A stretch of DNA of 64,000 nucleotides from Candidatus Velthaea sp. (GTDB lineage Bacteria; Vulcanimicrobiota; Vulcanimicrobiia; Vulcanimicrobiales; Vulcanimicrobiaceae): positions 18,193 through 82,192 of the forward strand of contig JBEKHC010000011.1 in NCBI GenBank assembly GCA_050012475.1, given 5' to 3'. The notes beneath the pieces were generated by a model. The model searched no databases and had not been told where the DNA came from. It was given only the letters and a program-made list of their open reading frames with translations. A program made the translations under genes and the position numbers. Below, one piece after another: positions 8,723 through 16,883 of the stretch (positions are counted from its first letter, which is position 1; every line of letters starts with the position of its first letter).

Positions 8723-10339
8723 ATGAGCGTGGAGTCAGGCATCATCTCCCTGCCGCAACCGACCTTCTGTCGGTTGGGCGGGGCTCAAGAGGCTGACCTC
8801 CGGTCGCGGACCCATGCCGACGACATCGGCACCGTCGAGCGCATCGTCGCTGCCGCGGCGGCCGAACGCCGCGCCTACGCCGTGGAGTACCGCACCGTCG
8901 CGCCGGACTTATCGGTTGCCGTCGTCCAGGAAACGGGCTTCTTTCCCGAGCAGGCCGACGCGCCCGGCTCAGCCGTGCTCGTCGACATCACGGCGCGCCG
9001 GCGACGTGAGGAATCGGAATGGCGCGCCGCTCGTTACGATCGCTTGACAGGATTGCCCAATCGCGATTACTTTTTGCAGCGCGTCGGCGATGCGCTGCAG
9101 CGCGAATCCCAAGCGGGAAACGGCGTGGCCGTTTTCGTGGTGGACGTCGACCGCTTTCGCGAGACCAACGACCTGTTCGGCCGCGAGATCGGCGACCGGC
9201 TGCTGCACATGCTCGGCGCGCGGCTCGCTGACGGCGTGGCGGCCGGCGGCTGCGTCGGTTATCTGGGTCTCGATATCTTTGGCGTGCTGGTGACGACGGC
9301 GCGGGATGATGCGGCGGTTTCGCGGATCGCCCGCGAGCTGATGCTCGCGATCGCCGAGCCGTTCGTGATCGAGCTGCAGCCGTACCACCTTTCGGTAAGT
9401 GTCGGGATCAATGCGCCGCTGGAGCACGAACGCGATGCGGGCGTTCTAGCGCGCGGCGCCTACACGGCGATGCGGGCGGCAAAAGTCGCCGGTCGCAACC
9501 GCTCGCGCTGGTACTGCAGCGAGATGTCTGCTCACGCCGCCAATGAAGGCCGGCGCCGGAACGAGCTCAACGCGGCGCTCAAGAACGGCGAGCTTGCGCT
9601 GTACTATCAACCGATCGTCGATATCGCGTGCGATCGGATCGTGGCCGTCGAGGCGCTCGCGCGCTGGAACCATCCGACGCGCGGCCTCTTGCCGCCCGCG
9701 GAGTTCATCGACCTCCTCGATCAGACCGAATACGTCGTCGCCTTCGGCGAGTGGGTGTTGCGCGAGGCCTGCCGTCAAGGACAAGCGTGGCTGGCGGCAG
9801 GTCTCGACGTGCGGATGTGCGTGAACGTTTCGGCGCTGCAGTTCCGCCAACCGAATTTCATTTCGCTGGTCGCATCGATCCTCCAGCGCTCGGGGTTGGT
9901 CGCAGAACAGCTCGAAATCGAGTTGACGGAGAGCGTCATGGTCGACGGATTCGGCGAAATGGTCGAGCGCTTGAGCCGGCTCAAGTCGCTGGGCGTACGT
10001 TTGGCGATCGACGATTTCGGCACCGGATACAGCTCGCTGGCCTACCTCAAATATTTCCCGATCGACACGTTGAAGATCGATCGGGCCTTCGTCGCCGATA
10101 TCGCCGCCGATACCTTCGATCGTGCGATCGCGACGACGGTGCTCACGCTGGCCAACGAACTCAAACTCGATTGCGTGGTCGAGGGTGTCGAAGATGTCGA
10201 GCAGCACGACATCTTGTGCGCGATCGGCTGCCGGTTCATGCAGGGATTCTATTTTGCCGAGCCCATGGCGCCGGGCCGTTTGCTGCCGTTGCTGCGGGCG
10301 GCAACGCAACATCAAGCGCTGCGCGCGGCACCGCCTTAG
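8723..10339 (+). CDS. PAS-GGDEF(degenerate)-EAL protein, likely c-di-GMP phosphodiesterase
   Basis: DRLTGLPNR; GLDIF in place of GGDEF; intact EAL, ELTES, DDFGTGYSSL, KIDR and EGVE. Confidence 0.9.
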   Translation: MSVESGIISLPQPTFCRLGGAQEADLRSRTHADDIGTVERIVAAAAAERRAYAVEYRTVAPDLSVAVVQETGFFPEQADAPGSAVLVDITARRRREESEWRAARYDRLTGLPNRDYFLQRVGDALQRESQAGNGVAVFVVDVDRFRETNDLFGREIGDRLLHMLGARLADGVAAGGCVGYLGLDIFGVLVTTARDDAAVSRIARELMLAIAEPFVIELQPYHLSVSVGINAPLEHERDAGVLARGAYTAMRAAKVAGRNRSRWYCSEMSAHAANEGRRRNELNAALKNGELALYYQPIVDIACDRIVAVEALARWNHPTRGLLPPAEFIDLLDQTEYVVAFGEWVLREACRQGQAWLAAGLDVRMCVNVSALQFRQPNFISLVASILQRSGLVAEQLEIELTESVMVDGFGEMVERLSRLKSLGVRLAIDDFGTGYSSLAYLKYFPIDTLKIDRAFVADIAADTFDRAIATTVLTLANELKLDCVVEGVEDVEQHDILCAIGCRFMQGFYFAEPMAPGRLLPLLRAATQHQALRAAPP

Positions 10340-11148
10340 TTTCGAAACGCGGCGGCGAACGCCGTCGCCGCACCCGCGCACGTCGCGGCGAAGTTGACCG
10401 CGTCGTTCGAGAAGCCGCGGATGCCGCGTACGAGCGCCGTCGGGGTGCCACAGACGTGCGGATCGGTTTCGCACGTTCGTTCGCAGACCGGACACCAGCG
10501 CAGCTCTTGCACCGTCGCGCCCAGCAGCGAGTCGGCGAACGCGCCGATGATGCCGCCCGCGACGATCGGCACGAACGCGGCCGAGCGGCCCAGCACAGCC
10601 GTCGTGCAGGCGCCGATCCAGACCGCGCCGGCGATCTCGGCGAGCGTGCCCCAGACCGTGATCCCGCCCGACAGACCCGGGGCGATGCGCCGGCCGGTCA
10701 GAATCGAGCGCGGCGCGCCGCGGGCGAGCGTTCCGATCTCCGTGCCCCACGTGTCGGCGGTTGCCGCCGCGTACGCGCCGGCGAACGCCGCGATCCAGGG
10801 GCGCGTTTCCTCGAACCGGTCGGGGGCGTGCAGCAGCAGGCCCGCGGCCACCGCGCAGACCGTCGCCGCTCCGCCGTTGGCGAGGACTTGCCAGGCGTCG
10901 CGCGCTCCGCCTTTGCCGATGTCGACCAGCAGTTTCTTGCGCTTGCGTCCGAACCGGCTCAGCAGCACCGAGGGCACGAAGAACGCCAACAAGACCACCG
11001 TGAACGGCCATCCGCCCGAACCGAAGGTGAGCGCGCCGACCGCGAACGCCGCGACCGCGCCGCCGCGGTCGAGCGTGCGCGCACGCCAGGCTGCGAAGGC
11101 CACGATCGCGGCGAACGCGGCGCCGGCGAGCAGCTGCGGAATGCTCAG
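10336..11148 (-). CDS. DUF92 (TMEM19-like) membrane protein
   Basis: RDAWQVLANG, ADTWGTEIG, SGGIT, DSLLGATVQ and NDAVN motifs. Start uncertain (CTG overlapping the upstream TGA). Confidence 0.85.
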   Translation of the reverse strand: MSIPQLLAGAAFAAIVAFAAWRARTLDRGGAVAAFAVGALTFGSGGWPFTVVLLAFFVPSVLLSRFGRKRKKLLVDIGKGGARDAWQVLANGGAATVCAVAAGLLLHAPDRFEETRPWIAAFAGAYAAATADTWGTEIGTLARGAPRSILTGRRIAPGLSGGITVWGTLAEIAGAVWIGACTTAVLGRSAAFVPIVAGGIIGAFADSLLGATVQELRWCPVCERTCETDPHVCGTPTALVRGIRGFSNDAVNFAATCAGAATAFAAAFRN

Positions 11149-12647
11149 GCGAGAACGGCGCTGTCGAGCGCGCGCACGAGACCGTCGATCGTGAATTCGT
11201 CGGCGACGACGGTGACGTTCAGGCCGGCCTGCCGGGCTGCCGCGGCGGTGATCGGCCCGATGCACGCGATCACCTTGCCCGCACAGGCGCTCCCGGCGTC
11301 GGGAACGTTGGCGAGGAAACCCGTGACGGTGCTGGCGCTGGTAAACGTAAGGATATCGGCTAACGCGGCTTTGGCCCCCAACTCCGCGTCGATGACCGTC
11401 TGCGTTTTATAGGCCGCGATGTCGGCGACGACACGCCCCGCAGCGCGCAGCGCCTGCGGGAGCACGTCGCGCGCTTCCTGAGCCCGGAAGAGCAGAATCG
11501 CGTCACCCGGACGCGTCCGCTCGAGCATGCCGTCGGCGACGGCCTCGTTGACGAAGCGCGCCGGAACGAAGTCGGCGCGCACGCCGCGCTCCGCGAGGGC
11601 AGCAGCGGTTTGCGGGCCGATGGCCGCGACGTTGGCGTCGCCGATGGCGCGCGCGTCGCGGCCGCGTTCGGCCAAGCGGTCGAAAAAGGCCTCCACGCCG
11701 TTGCGGCTGGTGAAGATAACCCAGGCGTAGTCGCGCACGCGGTCGATCGCTGCGCGCGCGGCGAGCAGATCGTCGGGCGGCCCGATGGCAATGGTCGGCG
11801 CAACGATCGGTTCGGCCCCCAGCTCGACGAGCCGGGCACACACGTCGTCGGCTTGTGCCGCCGCGCGCGTGACGAGAACCCGTTTGCCGAACAGCGGGGT
11901 GTTGTCGAACCACCGGATCGATTCGCGTTCGTTGACGACGTCGCCGACGACCACCACGGCAGGCGCGGCGAACCGGGTGCGCTCGACTTCGGCCACGATC
12001 GTATCGAGGGTGGCGACGAGCGTCTCTTGTGTCGGCTTGGTCCCTTCGCGCACGATGGCTACCGGTTTGTCGCCCGGCATCCCGTTCTTGCGCAGTTCAT
12101 CCACGATTGCGCCGAGATTGGCCATTGCCATGAGAAAGACGATCGTTTGCGCCGGATTCGTCAGCTTCGCGAAATCGAGCGACGAGCTGCCGGTGCGCGG
12201 GTTTTCGTGCCCGGTCGAGATCGAGAACGAGGTGTTGCGGCCGCGGTAGGTGAGCGGGATGCCGGCGTAGGCGGGCACCGCGATCGCCGACGTGATGCCG
12301 GGGACGATCTCGAACGGGACACCGGCGGCGCGCAGCGCCTGGGCCTCTTCGCCGCCGCGAGCGAAAACGAAGACGTCGCCCCCCTTGAGCCGCACGACTC
12401 GGCGGCCGGCGAGCCCGAGAGCCACGATCAGCCCGGTGATCTCGTTTTGCGCGACCGTGTGCGCTCCGGCTTTCTTGCCGACGTAGATTTTTTCACAGTC
12501 CGGCGGCGCCAAATCGACGATCGCTTCGGACGCCAAATAGTCGTACACCAGGGCGTCGCAGCGCGCGATCGCGCGGGCGCCCTTGACCGTTAGAAGGCCT
12601 GGATCACCCGGCCCCGCACCGACCAGCCAGACTTTCCCGACAGCCAA
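11145..12647 (-). CDS. cobA: Uroporphyrinogen-III C-methyltransferase / uroporphyrinogen-III synthase fusion (CobA-HemD)
   Basis: GAGPGDPGLLT, RLKGGD; C-terminal VLVTR, FTSRNGV and FTSASTV HemD motifs. Confidence 0.93.
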   Translation of the reverse strand: MAVGKVWLVGAGPGDPGLLTVKGARAIARCDALVYDYLASEAIVDLAPPDCEKIYVGKKAGAHTVAQNEITGLIVALGLAGRRVVRLKGGDVFVFARGGEEAQALRAAGVPFEIVPGITSAIAVPAYAGIPLTYRGRNTSFSISTGHENPRTGSSSLDFAKLTNPAQTIVFLMAMANLGAIVDELRKNGMPGDKPVAIVREGTKPTQETLVATLDTIVAEVERTRFAAPAVVVVGDVVNERESIRWFDNTPLFGKRVLVTRAAAQADDVCARLVELGAEPIVAPTIAIGPPDDLLAARAAIDRVRDYAWVIFTSRNGVEAFFDRLAERGRDARAIGDANVAAIGPQTAAALAERGVRADFVPARFVNEAVADGMLERTRPGDAILLFRAQEARDVLPQALRAAGRVVADIAAYKTQTVIDAELGAKAALADILTFTSASTVTGFLANVPDAGSACAGKVIACIGPITAAAARQAGLNVTVVADEFTIDGLVRALDSAVLA

Positions 12648-12649
12648 AC

Positions 12650-13978
12650 TTACTCCGCATGGTCGGCATCGATGGCGAGTATCGCCACCCCGGCTTCCTC
12701 GAGTTCCGCGCGCAAGTCGAACAACTCGTTGAGGATGAGCGCGTGGTTCATCGCCTCGACGTGATTCTCCGCGGCCTTGTCGCGGATCTTCACGACCGCG
12801 GTATGCAGCAGCTTGGAGATGATCGTGAGCGACATGCCCGTGACGAGCATGCGTTCGCGCGCGGTGAGGTCCGGGCAGCGCGAGAACAGCCGCTCGACTT
12901 CACCGTCGCGAATCGCTTCGGCCTTTTGCGTCAGCGAGCTGATGACGGGCACCGCGATGCGCGACTGATACCAGGAATGGAAGCGTTCGGTGTGCTCGGA
13001 GATGATCTCCTCGACGAGCGGGATCGCTTCGCGGCGGTGATCGAGGTTATCGTCGACGACATGCTGGAGCGCGTCGATGTCGACCAGATGAACGCCGGGG
13101 ACCGACGCCACCTCGGGGTCGACGTCGCGCGGCACCGCGATGTCGATGATCGTGAGCGGGCGCGACAGCCGGGCCAGCATCGCTTCGGAAACGTTGCCGG
13201 GCGTGAGGATGAAGTGCGAGGCACCGGTCGAGGTGATCACGATGTCGGCCGTTTCCATCGCCTGGACCAGACCGGGCATCTCGAGCGCGCGGCCGAGGCC
13301 GAGGTTGGCCACGATGCTGCTCGCCCGTTCGCGCGACCGGTTCATGACGCCGATCTCGGTCGCGCCTTCGAGTTTGAGCCGCTTTGCCGCCAACGAGCCC
13401 ATCTTGCCGGCGCCGATGACGAGCACCGACTTCGATGTGAGCGATCCGACGTGAGACTTGGCGAAATCCACGGCCGCGGTCGCGATCGACGTCGATTCGT
13501 TGCCGATCGAGGTCTGGCTGCGGGCCGCCTTGCCGGCATTGAGCGCTTCACGGAACAGGGTGTGCAGCGTCTTGCCGAGCGAGCGCGCGCGCTGGGCCTG
13601 GATGTAGGCATCTTTGACTTGCCCGAGGATCTCGGCTTCGCCGATGAGCATCGAATCTAGGCCCGTGCTCACCCGGAAGAGATGATCGATTGCCTGGCTG
13701 CCCAGCAGCGTGTACATGTACGAATCCATGTCGCCGACGTCGCCGTGGCGGAAATTCGTCAGGAATTGTTTGAGCTGGCTGACCCCGAACTCGTAGTCTT
13801 CGAGTTCGGCGTAGATCTCGAGCCGATTGCAGGTGGCGACCATCACGGCTTCGCGCACGGCCTCATAGTCGCGCAGCGCAATGAGCGCCTCACCCATGCG
13901 GTGGGTCGGGAACGTATGGCGCTCCCGGACTTCGACCGGCGCCGTGTGGTGGCTGAGACCTAGGCAAACGAGCGGCAA
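12650..13978 (-). CDS. hemA: Glutamyl-tRNA reductase
   Basis: TCNRLEIY, GLDSMLIGEAEILGQVK, GAGKMG, DIAVPRDV; SD GGGGAGG. Confidence 0.96.
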   Translation of the reverse strand: MPLVCLGLSHHTAPVEVRERHTFPTHRMGEALIALRDYEAVREAVMVATCNRLEIYAELEDYEFGVSQLKQFLTNFRHGDVGDMDSYMYTLLGSQAIDHLFRVSTGLDSMLIGEAEILGQVKDAYIQAQRARSLGKTLHTLFREALNAGKAARSQTSIGNESTSIATAAVDFAKSHVGSLTSKSVLVIGAGKMGSLAAKRLKLEGATEIGVMNRSRERASSIVANLGLGRALEMPGLVQAMETADIVITSTGASHFILTPGNVSEAMLARLSRPLTIIDIAVPRDVDPEVASVPGVHLVDIDALQHVVDDNLDHRREAIPLVEEIISEHTERFHSWYQSRIAVPVISSLTQKAEAIRDGEVERLFSRCPDLTARERMLVTGMSLTIISKLLHTAVVKIRDKAAENHVEAMNHALILNELFDLRAELEEAGVAILAIDADHAE

Positions 13979-14009
13979 GACGAACCTCCCCTACCGTTCT
14001 CGCCGGGCA

Positions 14010-15311
14010 TCACACCCGCGCTCCGGCGAACAGAACTGCCAGGGTATCATCGGCTGCGGCAATGGTTCGATCGATGTGTGTCTCCGAATGGGCGGTCGAG
14101 AGAAACCCGGCCTCAAATTGCGAAGGCGCCAAGTAAATGCCGCGGTCGAGCATGCCATGGAAGAACTTCCCATAGAATGTCACATCCGACATCTTAGCTG
14201 ACGTGAGGTTGGTCACCGGACCGGGCGCAAAGAAAAACCCAAACATCGATCCTGCTCGTGTGGCCGTGTGCGGTACGCCATGTTTGACGAACACGTTCTC
14301 TAAACCATCCATCAACCGCGAACCGATGCGCTCGAAGTGTTCGTAAACGGCATCGTCGCGCAGCGCCCGCAGCGTCGCGATCCCGGCGGCCATCGCCAAC
14401 GGGTTCCCCGACAACGTACCCGCTTGGTACACCGGACCCTCGGGCGAGAGCGCCGCCATGATGTCGGCCCGGCCGCCGAATGCGCCCACGGGCAACCCGC
14501 CGCCGATGACCTTGCCCAGGGTCGTGAGGTCGGGCCGAATGCCGTCACGGCCTTGAACGCCCCCGCGGCTGACCCGGAACCCCGTCATCACTTCATCAAA
14601 GATCAGCAGCGCGCCGTCGGCCTGCGTCAGCTCACGCAGGCCGGCGAGGAAGCCTGGCTGCGGCAGCACCAAGCCCATGTTGCCGACGACCGGCTCGACG
14701 ATGACCGCGGCGATCTCGCCGGGGTGGGCCGCAAACGCGGCCGCGACGGCGGCCAAATCGTTGAATTCGACGACGATCGTGTCGGCGGCCACGGCGGCGG
14801 TGATCCCCGGCGAATCCGGGACGCCGTTGGTCAGGGCGCCGCTGCCCGCCGAGATCAGAAACGCGTCGCCGTGCCCGTGATAGCAGCCGGCGAATTTGAT
14901 CAGCCGGGCGCGGCCGGTAAAGCCGCGCGCCAGCCGCAGGGCGCTCATCGTCGCCTCGGTGCCGCTCGAGCAGAACCGCACCTTTTCAATTGACGGGACC
15001 ATCTCGAGCACCAGTTCGGCTAAATCGCTCTCGGCTTGGGTGGGAGCGCCGAAACTCGTCCCCAAGGTCGCCGCGCTTTGCACCGCGTCGACAATCGCCG
15101 GGTTGGCGTGCCCCAAAATCAGCGGCCCCCACGACAGCACGTAGTCGATGTACGTGTTGCCGTCGATGTCGGTGAACGTCGGTCCGCTGCCCGAGCCGAC
15201 GAAGACCGGCGTGCCGCCGACCGAGCGAAACGCGCGCACGGGCGAATTGACGCCGCCGGGGATGACGCGTTTGGAGCGCTCGAAGGCCGAGACGGAGCGC
15301 GCGTGGTTCAT
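14010..15311 (-). CDS. hemL: Glutamate-1-semialdehyde 2,1-aminomutase
   Basis: PGGVNSPVRAF, FDEVMTGFR, GKVIGGGLP, YQAGTLSGNP. Confidence 0.97.
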   Translation of the reverse strand: MNHARSVSAFERSKRVIPGGVNSPVRAFRSVGGTPVFVGSGSGPTFTDIDGNTYIDYVLSWGPLILGHANPAIVDAVQSAATLGTSFGAPTQAESDLAELVLEMVPSIEKVRFCSSGTEATMSALRLARGFTGRARLIKFAGCYHGHGDAFLISAGSGALTNGVPDSPGITAAVAADTIVVEFNDLAAVAAAFAAHPGEIAAVIVEPVVGNMGLVLPQPGFLAGLRELTQADGALLIFDEVMTGFRVSRGGVQGRDGIRPDLTTLGKVIGGGLPVGAFGGRADIMAALSPEGPVYQAGTLSGNPLAMAAGIATLRALRDDAVYEHFERIGSRLMDGLENVFVKHGVPHTATRAGSMFGFFFAPGPVTNLTSAKMSDVTFYGKFFHGMLDRGIYLAPSQFEAGFLSTAHSETHIDRTIAAADDTLAVLFAGARV

Positions 15312-15889
15312 GCGAGGACCTCGTGGATGGCGGCGTAGTCGGCCGGGGTGTTGACGTTGGCGAAGAGGCGCTCGTCTTCTTCCATGTCAATGTAATTCGT
15401 GGCCAACCCGTCGAGAACCAGGCGCAGTGCGCCCCGGCCGGCCAGCAGCGTGGGCGTTCCCGCCAGCAGGTACGGCTGGCGCTCGTAGATGGCGGCGAGC
15501 GGTTCGATCTGGCCACCGTGGCGCGGGACCACCGCCTGATCGCCCGGCCGAAGCTGCTCGGCCAAGCGGTCGATGAAGGCGCCGGTGATGAATGGGGCGT
15601 CGCCGGCGACGGCAAACACGTACCGGCTGCGCATTTGTGCCATCGTCGAGAGTATACCCGCCAGCGGCCCGCGCAGCGGCCAGCGGTCGACGACCATCGG
15701 ACACGGGAGCAGCGCGTCGATTTCGGCGGGGAAGGTGGCCTTGCACGAAACGAATGTCTCGCGGCCGGCGCTCACGTTGCGAAAGACGCGCACGATCATC
15801 GGCAGGCGCCCGGCGTCGAGCTCGAGCTTGTTGGGCAGACGCGTTGCCTGCCCGCCGGCCAAAATCAGGACGCCGATGTCCGGTGGCAC
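15308..15889 (-). CDS. mobA: Molybdenum cofactor guanylyltransferase (MobA-like NTP transferase)
   Basis: LAGGQATR..K, GPLAGI, GDAPF, EPLAAIY, NVNTP. Start set at GTG 15889. Confidence 0.82.
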   Translation of the reverse strand: MPPDIGVLILAGGQATRLPNKLELDAGRLPMIVRVFRNVSAGRETFVSCKATFPAEIDALLPCPMVVDRWPLRGPLAGILSTMAQMRSRYVFAVAGDAPFITGAFIDRLAEQLRPGDQAVVPRHGGQIEPLAAIYERQPYLLAGTPTLLAGRGALRLVLDGLATNYIDMEEDERLFANVNTPADYAAIHEVLA

Positions 15890-15893
15890 GACT

Positions 15894-16883
15894 TCAACCC
15901 CGGCGCGCGAGGTAGTCTTTGGCGAAATAGGTGATGATGATGTCGGCGCCGGCCCGGGAGAAACCGGTGAGCAATTCATCGACGGCGCGCTCTTCGTCGA
16001 TCCAGCCGCGTTCCGCCGCAGCTTTTAGCATCGAATACTCGCCGCTGACGTTGTAGCAGGCAACCGGAAGGTCGATCTGTTCGCGGGTCTGCCGGATCAA
16101 ATCCAGGTACGCCAGCGCCGGCTTGACCATCAAGATATCGGCGCCTTCGGCCACGTCGAGCCGCACCTCACGGAGGGCCTCCCGGCCGTTGGCGGGATCC
16201 ATCTGGTACGTCCGCCGGTCGCCGAACGCGGGCGTTGAATCGGCTGCTTCGCGAAACGGACCGTAGAACGCCGAGGCGAACTTCACGGCGTACGACATGA
16301 TCGTGGTTCCGCTGAAGCCCTCGCCGTCGAGGGCGCGGCGGATCGCGCCGATCCGGCCGTCCATCATGTCCGACGGCGCCACGATGTCGACGCCCGCCTG
16401 CGCGTAGGTCACGGCGGTGCGCGCTAGGAGATCGAGCGTGCGGTCGTTGTCGACGTCACCGCGTTCGTCGAGGATGCCGCAGTGGCCGTGATCGGTATAC
16501 TCGCAGTTGCACAGGTCGGCGATGACCAGCAGGTGCGGCAGCGTTTGTTTGATCGCGCGCGCCGCCGATTGAACGAGCCCGTTGGGATCGTAGTTGCCGC
16601 TCGCAACGGCGTCTTTCTCATCGGGGACGCCGAAGAGCAACACGGCCCGGACGCCGACGGCAGCCAGCTCGCGGCACTCCCGAACGGCGGCATCGATCGA
16701 GAAGCGTGACACGCCCGGCATCGACCCGATCGGCACCTTCGCGTCGCGGCCGGGGATGATGAACAGCGGTTGGACGAGCCCATCGCGATTGACCCGGGTC
16801 TCTCGTACGAGGGCCCGCATGGCCGGGCTCGAGCGCAGCCGGCGCGGCCGTTCGACGAGGGAAAGGCGTTCGGCGATGTTCAT
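15894..16883 (-). CDS. hemB: Porphobilinogen synthase, Zn-type
   Basis: RPRRLR, CNCEYTDHGHC, APSDMMDGR, MVKP, YNVSGEY. ATGA overlap with the upstream gene. Confidence 0.97.
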   Translation of the reverse strand: MNIAERLSLVERPRRLRSSPAMRALVRETRVNRDGLVQPLFIIPGRDAKVPIGSMPGVSRFSIDAAVRECRELAAVGVRAVLLFGVPDEKDAVASGNYDPNGLVQSAARAIKQTLPHLLVIADLCNCEYTDHGHCGILDERGDVDNDRTLDLLARTAVTYAQAGVDIVAPSDMMDGRIGAIRRALDGEGFSGTTIMSYAVKFASAFYGPFREAADSTPAFGDRRTYQMDPANGREALREVRLDVAEGADILMVKPALAYLDLIRQTREQIDLPVACYNVSGEYSMLKAAAERGWIDEERAVDELLTGFSRAGADIIITYFAKDYLARRG

